Source of the DNA: Yuukianura sp. NJ FZ-2021 | Lineage: Eukaryota | Direction of reading: 5' to 3' | Assembly: GCA_046563655.1 (NCBI GenBank) | Contig: CM102287.1 | Coordinates: 9,796,001-9,860,000, forward strand | Length of the DNA stretch: 64,000 nucleotides | In this document: positions 12,647-28,388 of the stretch, piece by piece | Position numbering within the stretch: the first letter of the stretch is position 1 | How the letters are laid out: the number at the start of each line of letters is the position of its first letter | Notes under the pieces: generated by a model | What the model was told of the DNA's origin: nothing | What the model saw: the letters and a program-made list of their open reading frames with translations, nothing else | Database searches by the model: none | Position numbers and translations under genes: made by a program

Positions 12647-14371
12647 TCACAACTCCATTGTTGATGTTGTGGCGGTAGAATTTGAAGGTTGTTGTGATAC
12701 GATGATCTGCGATTGCGTAGTAGTTAGAGTTAGGCTTGCGGCATGCTGCGGAACAGGCGTAGATAAACTTTCGGATACTTTGGAAAGTGCAGCTGATACT
12801 GTCGCCGTGGGGACAGTTGATGCTGTCGCCGTGGAGACAGTTGATGCTGACTGTGACAAGAGCTTGGACACAGTTGACGATGGAGACTGAGACACAAGCA
12901 GCAGTTTTTCAGGAGTATGCGGAGGAGTTGGGGGTGGACGAATAAAAAATGGATGCTGAAGGGCGGCACGAGCCGTGATTCGCTGGGAGGGATTAAATGC
13001 GAGTAGTTTTTCGAGTAAGTCTTGACTTTGAGGACAGAGACCTGGAACGACTGTGTTCAGCAGTTTGGGCGGTCGAGATGGAAATGTTCTTTGGGTAATT
13101 TTCGTGTCACTGGGCCACTCATTTTCTTCTGGAGTACCAATTACACTGGAAAAGTTACACAAAATGAACCAAATCAACTTCAGTTTCTCAAAAGTTGCAA
13201 AAATTTGGCAATATTTTAATATTTACAGTGAAAAGTGTTCCAGCTTAGAAAATTTTCTGACTTACTCGAAAATTTTATCGATTTGGTCACGTTCAGACGA
13301 TCCAGGAAAAATGGATCTTCTTCTATACAGTTCTGCAAAAATGCAACCAATGGACCAGAGGTCAACTGGAGTTCCGTAGCTACTCCCCAGAAGGATTTCG
13401 GGGGAACGGTACCATAGTGTCACCACCTGAAAACATAAAATTTTCAAAAAATCTTCACATTTTCAAAATTTTCAGCAATTTTTTTTCAAAATTTTAAATT
13501 GAGTCACTTACAATGGTAGTAAGTCTTGAGGAAAAGTCATAAATTTTCGCGAGTCCAAAATCCGCTAACTTGATTTGTCCCGTTTTGGAAATGAGCAAAT
13601 TCTGCGGTTTGATGTCTCTGTGAATTATGCGCTGACCGTGGAGGAAATCAACTCCAGTCAGGATTTGGAAGGTAATGTCCTACGAATCACAAAATTTTCA
13701 TAAAAATTTCAAAGTTCACAAGACATAAGAGGTCAAATCACAATTTAGTGTTAAAATCCTTTGAGGATCGAGAACACCGCCGGGGGCGATAAAAAAATAA
13801 GAAGCAAGCGTCATCGTTAAAAATACTTAAATTCATGTTTAATACTTAGTAAAAATGATTACTTTGATTTTTTGGACAGAGAGTTCGTCGGAACTAGCAG
13901 TCTGAATGTACTTGCCGAGATCCATGTCAATAAATTCAAAGACGAGGTAGAGGATGAGATGCGGATTGACATCGTTTCCGTTTCTTGGTCCATGACAAAC
14001 GTCTAGAAAACGAATAATGTTGGGATGCTTGAAACGATCGAGTTGACGCACGAGTGAAATCTCTCTCAAAATGGATACTGGAATTCCATCTTCGTTCATC
14101 GGTATCCGCACTTTTTTGAGAGCAACTTCTCTACTGGGGTCATTGAGGTCATGGGCCTTGTATACCGTTCCATAGGCACCTAAACACATACAAAAATTAT
14201 GTCAACTTAATTAATTCAAAACTGAGTTAATCGATTAATCAATTGATTACCATTGCCAATGACTGTGTCTTCTTTGTAGATACTGCCATGGGGGTAAGGA
14301 CGAGGAGACTGAACTGTTGTGGCCGGTTCTGTGGTCAGGCCAGCCCTAGCTCTCATGCTACTCGTGGACAT
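12647..14371 (-). CDS. Cdk4: Cyclin-dependent kinase 4/6
   Basis: Exons 14371-14251, 14179-13863, 13679-13512, 13426-13266, 13145-12647. [12 protein letters not shown], cyclin helix PVSILRE (CDK4/6 type), [26 protein letters not shown]; in-frame TAG upstream of the ATG. Confidence 0.93.
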
Positions 14372-17300
14372 TGGCCCCACAACAACCTAACCTGGTTGTT
14401 TAGCAGTATCCTGCACTGGGTACTGCCTTACAGTCGCTTTTGCCAAAATTTGCAAATCCTTTTCCCTTGTTGTTGCGTTCAAACTTCCCAGAGCGAGTTG
14501 GCCTTCGTCTTCCTCTGATGCATTTTTGTCTCGATCTTCTCTGGCATCAAGTTTTTTAGTTCAGCAAAAATAAGCAAGATTTTGAGCAGTGACGATTGTT
14601 GTTGTTGCAGTTTTTGCAAAATCTGAAAAAGATTAAAATTGAATGAGAAAGTGAAGATGAGGAGCTTAAGTGTTGTCCAGTGTTTGGACTAACAGCGTCG
14701 TCATTTGAGCAGACTCTGGGTTGTGATTACTTATGTTAAAAAGCGAACAAAGGAATGAACCGATTCATTAATCGTTCCTTTTTTATCAATGAACTCCCAA
14801 ACCTAAAACCTCAAGACGGTTTTCCCTATCTCCAGTGCACTTGCCTTGTTTTTAAGACTTTGTCTTTCATTTAAAAGTTATTAATGAGCCAAAGACTTGT
14901 TGGTTGAGCTTATTGACTGTTTGCCGGTGGTGGTCAACGAGCCGTTAGTCCTCAAGTCTTTCTTTATAAAGTTTTGACTTTTTAGTCTAACATTTTAGTA
15001 GTCCATGCTTCCCTTTGTGTAACCACCAACCAACAACGTCTGTCTGGCTCCTTGTGTCTCATTGACACTTCATCGCTTTCGTCTCCTTTGGGAAAAAATC
15101 TCTGCTCTGAGAGAAGTCTAAATGGTTCTGCCAGCCTCCTTCTTTGCAATATCCAACCTTACCGTCGTGGTTTTAGTACACTACGGTATGAATGAAAATT
15201 GTGTAGATGTATCTATTCTTTTGTTTACATTTAACACGAAACTCAAACTAAGTTGACTGGCAGAAGCATGGTGAGATACATAGAGAACGGGTGGTGAAAC
15301 TGATGGGAGCTCCACCACTTCCAGTCAGTCCGCATTGATCCTAACCAAACGTATCATCGGTGACACACATTTATGTTGTTCCAGCAGGAGCAGCTTAAAT
15401 TCCAACGTCATGATCAATTGCATTGCATTGCAACTGAAAAGTTGCAACAATCGTGTGTCCTCAAAGGTGTGCCAATATCTGAAACAGGGCCAGAAAAAGA
15501 TATGAAACTCCGCCATGTTTGTGCAAATCTCCACGAGATTCACAAACTCAATCTCCGTTATTACCTAAAAACCTCCAGGAATTGGCTCTTGCCATGAATT
15601 TTCCGCATGCACCCTGACTTAACATGCTCCACAAGGACATGACCTTGACCTTACATAACCCGATTAACACTAAATTTAGTAAAAAACGTAACTTACGGAA
15701 TGAAAAACGTTGGGCAGGTCACGGTTTTCTTTGTCTCTTCTCTCAAACAGCCGGTTTTGAGCCGAAACTTTTGACAGGAGCCACTTGTTGACTTGCACGG
15801 ACGTTTTTCGGCTCCACGACGGCTGATCCTGGACAATGGATGATTGGATATGATCGTGATCGGTTAGTGTGACGAAGTTGTTAGGTTGTTCCTAAGACCA
15901 AGTTCAGATTGGAACTGAACGTCCAGACTATAACAAAAAATTGACTTGGAGTGAGGAGCTTAACAGGAGCACGCAGCTAGCAATGGAATTTCTCTCCCCT
16001 TGGTCTTGGTCTCGCTTAGCCCAACCAAAAAATACCGCTCAATGCTAAGCCAAATAACAAAGGAAACACGGCTAAGGTAGTCGACGATTGTTTAAGGGCT
16101 AGTTAAGGGCCCTTAGAACTCATTTTTTAAACAAAGGACCTGGTTAGAACAAGTTAAAATGGAAATGAAGGGCCCCCTTCGTCTCTGGCGGGAAGGTTTT
16201 CGGAGGAGAGTGAAAGTCGACTTTCACTTTCTCAAAGTTCTCATTTTTGGCTGTTCTCCAGAACGTGTCAGAGTGTCGGCCGTTTTGACAAACTTAATTA
16301 ATCGATTAATTAGATTAGTTTAATTATCAATTGATGGTTTAAGTTTATTGTCAACCGACAGCACAAAGTTTGTTTACAGGAAGTGACTTGGAGGCGGCGG
16401 AGGTCAAAGAATGGACCAAATTCTTGGAACTCCCTTCTGAGAACTCCTTTTGTTTTCTTTTCAAAATGAATGGAAGGAATGTATTGGACTCGAGGGCTTG
16501 TGGACTTTAGGGGGCCCTTAGACCAGGGTTAGCCAAGTACCCATATGGGTTAAGGTGCAACACATAGCCAACAGTACGTCGATAGCCTGATTGAATTCCT
16601 TGTCTCGTGAGCAAGCTGGAAATGCTAAGGGTACAGGGGCCCTTTTGTCCAAGGCACCACCTTTTCAGTTTTGAAAAAGTACCGGGCACTTTTGGTTCCT
16701 TGAGGAATTTTTTGAACGTGTTTTAGTTTTTTGTGTGAAGTTGCAGCCGGATAGACGATGATCTTGCCCTTAAGTCTCCCTTTGTCTTGTGATAAATGTG
16801 AGGAGGGCCCTTAAGTCTCTCAGTTTGTAGTGTACAGAGTGTGATCCTGAGGAATACCAGATGCTTCTTCCTGTCAGGGCCCCCTTCAGGTCACACACTC
16901 AGCATCTGCTCCCTGCATTGTCCAATAATCATTACCTTCTGCGTCCCTTCATCCATCTGAATTTCTAAATCGTCTCCAAATTGCGTCATCATCAAAGTTA
17001 CTACGCAACCTGATTGCAAAATTTCAAAAAAAAAAATTGACCAAAAAATCAAAAATTTCAAAATTGACCTCTGGTATCTACGCTTTGTGACCTTTTCAAA
17101 CTAGTGAAATCTTTGATCACCCAATGGTTCCAATTTTTAAAATTTTTAAAAATTGTGCCTGGAGAACAAATTTCTCACGGTTTTTAAAACAATTAAAAAT
17201 TCCGTGGGAAAGGATACTGTGAATGAGCGTATATTTTTGTGGATATCTCATTACAAGGGACCCTTGAGTCCAGGAGAGGGGTACTTCCAAGGGGTCCCCT

Positions 17301-18865
17301 GTTTTTTTCTAATGTTACATAATCCAGTAGTACTGGGAACAAGATTCATGCCCTAAAAATGCTCCCAACATTTCCAAACACGCATCTCATTATGATCATC
17401 ATGAGTCAAATTCCACTTGAAAAAGAAGGATTCTCACGATCATCAAAAAGTTGTACAAGATGAGTCAAGTACCTTTCGTCTTCTTCTGCGGAATCTTCAA
17501 AAGGCCGTCTAGACTCTTGTTCCAAGTTTTTTGTCCCCAATCTAACAAATTTTGACTCCTTGTTCAAATTTTGACAAATTTTGACTCTTCTTAGTCAAAG
17601 TTTGACCCATTTTGACAAATGCTTTCACTTTTTTCGGTTTTAACTTTCCCGCCAGTCAAATTTTTGGCCAAAATTCGCAAGTGAATTTTCAACTTGCACC
17701 GCAAGTTTGTTGTAACCCAATCAATTCGCATAGTGTTTAGCGATTTGCGGATTTTGAATTTGGCGGTTTTTGGGCAGCAAAATGTCGTCGACCCCCGAAC
17801 CGGTACGGGGATTCGAACCGGTTTCCGGTTTCATTCATTTAACGGTATTTTGGAGGCGTCAGAGCATTGGAGCTTCGGTGTTGGAAATTACACTTGTAAA
17901 ACATGAAATGTGAAATCACTTCCGTTTCTTGACCTTTGTTGTTCCTGAGCCGTGACCTTTAGTGTTTCGTGACCTTTAGGGAAGGAACTAATTGATGTTA
18001 GGGTGTCATGCAATGACACTTAGCACAACCCATTGTAAACTCATGTCATGCTGTTCAGAAATTCTAAATTGTTGTTCAAATAACAATTGTAAGTGAAACC
18101 ATCTGGTTTGTGTCTGACGGATTGTTGCGTCAGGAAGATAAAGATCCACTTCCAGCCTCTCCACCTCCACTTCCGCTTAAAATTTAGACAATGGCCAGCA
18201 CATTTGTGCACAAATTTAAATTTAGTACTGTTTCATTTCCATCATGTTATGCTGAACACCTTGTTCAAAACACGGTGATGAAAAACATTACTAAACTTGG
18301 AATTTCCAAATAATGAATAACTTTCACCTGCTCCCGACAACCGGAAGTTCTAAACTAAAAAAATTTCTGGCCACTTTTCTTTTTTTCAAATTCTCAGAAG
18401 CGCGAAAAATTTAAACTGGTGGGTACATTTGGGGGATCCAATTTTACGTCAACCAAATTCTGAATGATAGAAACCACAAATAAAGCAAAATTCCAAATTT
18501 CAAGAAGCTAGAAATTTAGTAGGAAAAGAGTAAAAAAAATTTCTAAATTTTATTAAAACATAAAAAATATTGACGTCGGTTCAAAATTGTTTGAATTTGT
18601 CCTATTGAAGGTTTTAAAGAGAAAGTTGTAATGTGAGCTTTGCGTTTTGACCTTTCAATTGTTCAATTTCTTTTTTAAATTTTATGACACATTCTCCTTA
18701 GCGGTAAGGTATTGTATATTGTTCCTGAAAGTCATAAACGTTTGTTCTGTTCTAGCCGCACTAAATTTGAAAGTGTTGAAATCTAATTAAATTTGGCATA
18801 AAAAGTTTAGTTCTGTTTTACTCTTGTCGTTGTCAACTTCATAAGCCTTGAAGAAATCAGGGGTC

Positions 18866-21207
18866 ATGCGGGGTCAAACGAGGTCAGCCGCTCAGGTCAC
18901 CGTGTTTCTAATTTTTTGTATTGGTTTTACCCTAGGGTTCTTCAGTCCCATGTACTTTGGCTTCGACAAAGAAGGTAAAAGTGAGTCTGTTCCCAAAATT
19001 CCTGAAAGTCACTACACTTCCAGCACTGGCTTTCTCTACTCCAAGGCACCTCTGCATCTAATGCACCTTGCCAAATTCGATGCTTTCATGTTTTCCAAAT
19101 TCAAATTATACCAAACCAAGTTGAAAAGGAGGATGAAGAGACTCAAAACGTACAAAACTCAAAAAAATACACAAATCAAAGCCCAAGAAAAGTTGAATTT
19201 CAAGTTTTTTTTAAAATCTATTTTTCAAATTTTTGTTCAAATTTAGCTACATTGCCGATTTTGAGCGGAATTTGGTCAATTCTGAACGAAAAGAGGTCAA
19301 TGACCCCGAAAATTGGCAATGGGCGTTCCAAGCAAGCTCGAATCCAGCCAGAGCCTATCCGCTTCTGGCACGCATGACGTCTAACCTCCCGAAACTCTTG
19401 CAGGACATCGAAAGTGGCCTAGAGACAGGTATGATTTTATATGCAGAGGTCATTGACCTTTGACCTTTGACCTCTATTTTTGAAAATACAGATTTGATGG
19501 AAGAGATCTACCAGAAGAAAGAGCAGAATCGCCTTGACTGGCCTTCTGAGCATGACCCGGAGGTCACTCGACAAGCTTTGATTGAGCTGCCTATAGTTTA
19601 TGACATTCCGGTGACCTCGATCTGTAATGGTTCGTTTTTGGGTGACACTCCAGCACTCAAAGCAGATCATTGCAACCAAATTGCATCTACAGCCTACAAC
19701 ACAAACAAATTGGCTTCCGGTGTGCAGTGGCTCGACGCAGCTCGCAAGAGAAAAAAAGTCGAAAAACCCAAAACCGTCCCCGACGAAATTCTGAACATGA
19801 ATTACGCAACCCTATGTGCAGAGGTAAAAACAATTGAAAAAGAATTTTTTGAAAAAATTACAAAAAAAAAATCAACTGTTTCTTTAAAAAAAAAAGAACC
19901 ATCATGAATGGAAACTGTAGCAATGCAGCCAGACAACCAATCTAGATGTCGCAATTGATTTTAAAATTTCCTTGTTTTTCAAATTTTAGCATGACTTTGA
20001 ACTCGCAAACGTGACTGCCACGAAAGTGTCGGAATCGCGACCTTTGACCTCACTTTGGGAGGATGACCTTTACCCTCACAACGTTTCCTTCGGAATAGAC
20101 GATGTCGAAAGTCCACGTCTGCGCCATCTCCACATTTCACAAACTCCACAAGACCAAATCCATCCGACTGTCCGATTCTGGCAACTCTGCGCCGGCGCCA
20201 ACTTCCAAAGTTCAAAAGAACTGTCTCAAGGTCACTGTTTCCATAGCAAGGTCACTGACCCCCTGACCTCCCTCCTCCCCCTCAAGGTCGAAGTGCTCAA
20301 TCGCTTCCCCCCTGTACTCCAAATTCATGATTTCGTGGACTCATCTACCAGCTTGGCACTTATCACTCAAGCCATGACTGCAATTGAAGCTCAGAATGGT
20401 CCTGGTCAAGGTCAGAAGGCAAAAGGGGAGGAGCTTACTGCCAGTCCACCAATCCCAGCCACGCTTACAACTGATGGAATCCACGCATTGGCTAGATTTG
20501 GACCAATCACGAACCTCTGGAAGGAGTTGACGCGAGTTCCGACAGCTAAAGTGACCGAACGCCTCCATGTCAACGCATACTCTTTTGCCAACTTTGACTC
20601 AAGTTTGGACAACGTAAGAAAGTTGACCTTTGACCTTAACAAAAATTAATTTCAAAAGTAATTAAAAATTATTGTTTTTTTTCTAGTTCCCGGATTCCGA
20701 TTTCACTGAATCCCAAGTCCAACAGACTTTGAACATCCACATTTTCGTAATATTTTTTAAAATTGGTTCAAAATTTTGAAATTCAACTAGTGTTAATTAA
20801 TTTTTATTAATGTAATTCCAGTTGAATAGCATTGGGGGTGGTGGAAGGACGGTTTTCCCTAAACTTGGATTTGGAGTTGACCCCACCAGAAATTCGGCTC
20901 TGATTTGGTCACAGTTCAAGATGAACGGAGTAGGTCATCCCAATTTGTACTGGATCAACTGCCCAGTAATCGCTGGAAACAAATGGGGTAATTACAATTA
21001 CTTTAATTACAACTAATTACAACTAATTACAATGAATTACAAGTAATTTAAAGTAATTAGATCAACCCAGAGCTAATTCTCAACTTGCTTTTCCCTATTT
21101 GAACTTACGTTGTAAACTTTTAATTTTTTTGCCAGTGGCGTCCAACTACATTCGACAGGAAAGCAAAGAATTTGGATCCTCCGGGGGCAACATCTTGGCC
21201 AAATTGA
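18866..21207 (+). CDS. Prolyl 4-hydroxylase alpha-like protein, predicted catalytically inactive
   Basis: Exons 18866-19149, 19247-19428, 19492-19823, 19990-20613, 20687-20746, 20822-20987, 21136-21207. N-terminal hydrophobic segment, SNPARAYPLLARM, KVEVLNRFPPVLQIHDF, GGRTVFP, CPVIAGNKWVA. Confidence 0.82.
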
Positions 21208-21992
21208 AATAAAACACTAATTACAAAAACAAGTTTGATTAATTAACAAAAAGTTAAATGCTAAATTATTACTTAAAAAAACACGGAACTTTACAATACA
21301 AAAATGGACAAAACTAAAGTGTTAGGATTCAACAACATAAAAACACTAAAAATCTTATTTCACAGCGGCATCAGATTTGTTTCTCGTGAACTTTTGCAAA
21401 ATAAATTTTGAGATGTTAAGTCCTGTCTAATCCGTCATCATTCTTTTAATTAACTACTAATCTTAACTTTAAACTTTAAATAAAAATTTTAAACTAAATT
21501 AGGAAAGTGAGGTGTAATAACCTGTTTATGCAGGAGACTTTTTAGAATAAATGAACTGAAATGATTTGGGAAGACAATGGTTGTGATGAAGATGTGAATT
21601 ATTTGGACAATCAGTCACTCACTCCAATAAAACTTTGTGTTTATGCCATTCCATGCTTTAACACCTCTAAAATAATCATTCAACTTAACTTCACCATTAT
21701 CTTCCTAACATTCCAGTTTTGCAGTTTTCGCACTACAAGTAGAAAATTGCAACAAAAAGCGATACAGATTAAAATTCAACTCAAGTGTCTAAAAAAAAAG
21801 TGTGTTTAAAGTTAAACTTTTAACTGTAATTAACTTTTCAGTATCCTTGTTGCATATCTGGAGAACTAAATTTCAAAACAGAAGTTTAAATGTGAATTTG
21901 CACTCGACTTTTTCAAAAGTGAATTTGAATTTGTCGAAGGTTTTGGAAAGTGAATTTGAGTTTGTCGTAATTTTTGAAAAGTTGCTCCGAAA

Positions 21993-24415
21993 ATGACCTG
22001 GACTAGTCGTTTTTGTGTCTTCGCTTTGTTAACCGCTGCAATTTTTCGGGGTCAAGGTCAGGGTGACTCGGATGCGAAAGAAACTAAAAGCGAACCAATT
22101 TTTAGCAACTTTTCGCTGTCTCCGTTTCCTTTGCAAAAATTAGTGGAATGCGAAGTGGGGATTTACGAGGCTATGAAGGTCATCGGAAGTCAATTGCGAG
22201 AGGAAGAAGCGTTGAGCCAACTTGTGTCCATGTAAGTCTTAGCAGAGGTCAAATGTCATGTTTTGCCAATTCAGAGGTCAAAGGTCACGTATTGTTAACG
22301 CAAAGGTCAAAGGTCAAAGTCTTTTAGGTACTTGGACGACTATGAAACAAGTTCCGGGAGTCTGCCAAACGACGGATTTTTAAAAGAAGACGCTGTTGAG
22401 AAAATAGTGAACAATCCACTGGCAGCATTTCGGATGCTGTTTCGCTTCGTCCGTGACCTTCCCAAGGTCATCGCAGGAGGTCACGGAATGCTGGACGAAG
22501 TGTTGTCGCCGTCGTGTGCAGTGCCCAACGAACAGGACTTAGAAGAAGCCATGGACGGCATTCTGCGATTAGCTTTCACGTATGACCTTGACCTTCTCGA
22601 GGTAATTTGACCTTGACCATAGAATTTGACCTTTGACCTGAGCTTGACCTTTGAAATTTTAGTTTTCAGAGGGTTATATCCATGGCATCATGACCCCATT
22701 TACACTGGAAGCTCGTCACGCCTTTGCCATTGGTCGTCGTGCTCTGGACCTCGGCACTTATCCAGCTCTGACCGTCGAATGGCTGGAATTGGCCAAGTAC
22801 TTGACCTCAGAGGTCAATGACTCCGGTGACCTCGGGGTGAACGACCCCGAGGTCAATGACCCCGATGAATTCTGTGAAAATGACATGGAGGAACCAGAGG
22901 TCAATGACCCCGTTTACCTCCGTGATAATGACATGAATGAACTGGACGCCCTGCTTCTCCAAGCTGTTGACACCGTGAGCTCCAACTTTTTTCTGTTCAA
23001 TTCACAATTAAAAAATTTCAAAAATTTGAAATCAAAAATTTGGGATTTTCAATTTCAGCATGATAAACTGTTCGACTCAACCACAAGTTACGCCAACACC
23101 TTTTTTGTGCGGAAGATCGTTCCGAAACCGGAGATTCCTTATGAATTTGACGGTTGGTATCGTCGGATATCCCAGCGGTCACGGGATGCTGAACGGTACG
23201 GTGGGAATCCAGGTCGTAACTACCACGAAATCAATACTTGGACACTTTGTTCTGGACAAAGTGACGAAGGTCACCAGAGGTCACCACCTTTGTATTGTTG
23301 GAACGACCTGCGCATTCCGATTTTCCCGTTTCGGATTGAGCAGTTGACTGAAGTTCCCCTGGTGATCCAAATCCATAACTTCCTGAGTCCAGTTGAAACT
23401 GACCAGTTAGTAGAAATAGCTCAACAGCACATGGAACCTTCGGTTGTATCGTCCGAAGAGGGACCAGGTCAAACTTTCCGGACAACCGAACGGACGAGCT
23501 ACACGAAGTGGCTAATCGGCTGTCCACTCTGCTTAAAAATTGAAAACTTGATTCAAACGTTCACTGACCTCCACGCTCAACATGAAACTGGACTGCAAAT
23601 TGCTTCTTACACTCCGTTCGGTGCCCATTATCGATTCCATCTTGACCAGGTACATGTCAGGTCAAAAGGTCAATCGAAAACCACATGGCTTTCGAGACAA
23701 AGAAAGTACAAAAAAAATATTGAACCGATTGGGATCCGAACCCACATTCGTTCAGACCGGGAAGAGCTCTAACCATTGAGCTATCACGTTCCAATCATAC
23801 TGGAACTGCTACCAAACGGCAAAAAATGTAGATAAACTAATTCCAGCTTTTCATTCTATTTTCAGGATGTAACGCCGCTTTTGGAGCATTCGGACGACAT
23901 GAGAATTGCTACGTTCATGATCTACGTAAAATCACTGAAACGAAAAATCAAAATTCCAAAATATGAGACTTTTTTTAAGAAATTTTTTTTTTGAAAAAGT
24001 TCTGTTCTAAAACAATTTCAACAGTTGTCGGACGTAGAGGGAGGAGGATCCACTGTTTTCCTGGACGCTCAGTTGGCCGTCCGACCGAGCAAGGGTAGTG
24101 CTGTTTTCTGGTATAATTTGGATCCATACGGAGACGTTGACTTTAACACGCACCACGCAGCATGTCCAGTTTTCCTAGGAACTAAATGGGGTAAGGACAA
24201 TTTTTGAAAAAAAAAGTTTCAAAAATTTCTGAAAATTGATTTTTCAAAAATTCTTCTCAACTTTTCAGTTGCAAATAAGGTACGTTCGAAAAAATTACAA
24301 ATTTTTAAGTTTTTTGAAAACGTAGTTGAACAGTTTTTTGCTTGCCTTTTAGTGGATTTGGAGTGACGACCAATTTGATAGAAGGAGATGCCCTCCCAAG
24401 CTTACCAAAAACTAG
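21993..24415 (+). CDS. Prolyl 4-hydroxylase alpha subunit (catalytic residues intact)
   Basis: Exons 21993-22231, 22328-22601, 22663-22974, 23059-23649, 23866-23925, 24025-24190, 24269-24279, 24353-24415. Signal peptide, NNPLAAFRMLFRF, HYRFHLD (HxD), RIATFMIYLSDVEGGGSTVF, HAACPVFLGTKWVANKWI. Confidence 0.92.
23721..23791 (-). pseudogene. tRNA-derived pseudogene or SINE head in a P4H intron
   Basis: Minus strand GAACGTGA-TA-GCTCAATGGTTAGAGC (A box, perfect D arm)...TGGG-TTCGGAT-CCCA (B box, T arm)-ATCGGTTCA then a T run; anticodon arm does not pair. Confidence 0.7.
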
Positions 24416-24713
24416 AAATTTTGAAAAATTTGTAAACTAAAAAAAAATTTCGAAAAAGTACATGAACAAAAAATATTTTATTCATTTCCTGTTCGTACCA
24501 TCATCAGGTTTGACTTAAGAAATGCATAATGCTGCTACGAAATTTTTTTAAGTTCCACCGTCTTTTTTAATTCGAGCGCGTCAAATTTTGATAATCTACT
24601 CAGAAAATTTTGATTTTTGGGTAAAACTCACATAGTTTCGTCATCTCGTTTGTCTAGTTACTGATTAGCATTAAGGGCTCCCTTAAAGGGCTTTACAAGG
24701 TCAAAGGTCACGG

Positions 24714-27600
<2,887 letters not shown>

Positions 27601-28388
27601 GTTTTTTAAAAAGTACTAAATCGCAGTACTAAATCCGGTTAACTGGAAAACAAACGTTGGATTATTCAATTAACACTTTTTAAATTGACAAGTTATCACC
27701 GAATTAGTTAGAGATCCAGATTCTCTGACTCCATTTGGAAGGTACGGACGACTGAACTACAGCTGACTACCCAAATTTAGATTAATTGAGCTGATTGATT
27801 GTAAATTAAATCATCAGCTGATCAACTCTTCAATTTATTCAAGAAAGTGAAGGTTGACCTTTGAAGAATGAATGAAAAAAAAAATTCGCAAATTCTGAGT
27901 TGACTAGAAATACATTTTGAATTTGGTGCCAAAAAGAGGCAACTTGAGACATTGTAACTTCTATGTTGGAAAATACTTCACCATAACATGGATCGCCCGC
28001 AAAATTGGGGCGATGTGAGACTTTTCGAACTTTTAAGTTGAAGAAATGGTGAATGGCATAAACGCTTACCAATTATTCAATTACAATTCATTTAATTTAG
28101 CTGAGAATTACTTATTTAGTTAATTAAAATAATTAATTCTAGTTAAATTTTTGTTCCCTTTCTGAGCTAACAGTAATTTACATACTCCGATTTAACAGTA
28201 AGCTTTTAACAATTTGCCTATTCTAAAAACAAAATGAAAGTAAGAATTTTCGACACTTTTAGAAAACTGCAACTCAAACAAACCAGAGAGGAGTTAATTA
28301 AAACTATAATTTATAAATTATAATAATTTTTATAAATTATAATACTATAATGAATTATATACTATAATTTGGAAGAAACGATTCATCT

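Noticed and set aside
15325..15597. Opposing 72-74 aa ORFs upstream of CDK4
   Set aside because: No recognisable domain or supporting gene structure; probably CDK4 5' UTR or intron sequence.
17795..17830. GGTTCGAATCCC B-box-like word on the minus strand
   Set aside because: T stem does not pair beyond 2 bp, and there is no A box or cloverleaf; just a local inverted repeat (GAACCGGT).
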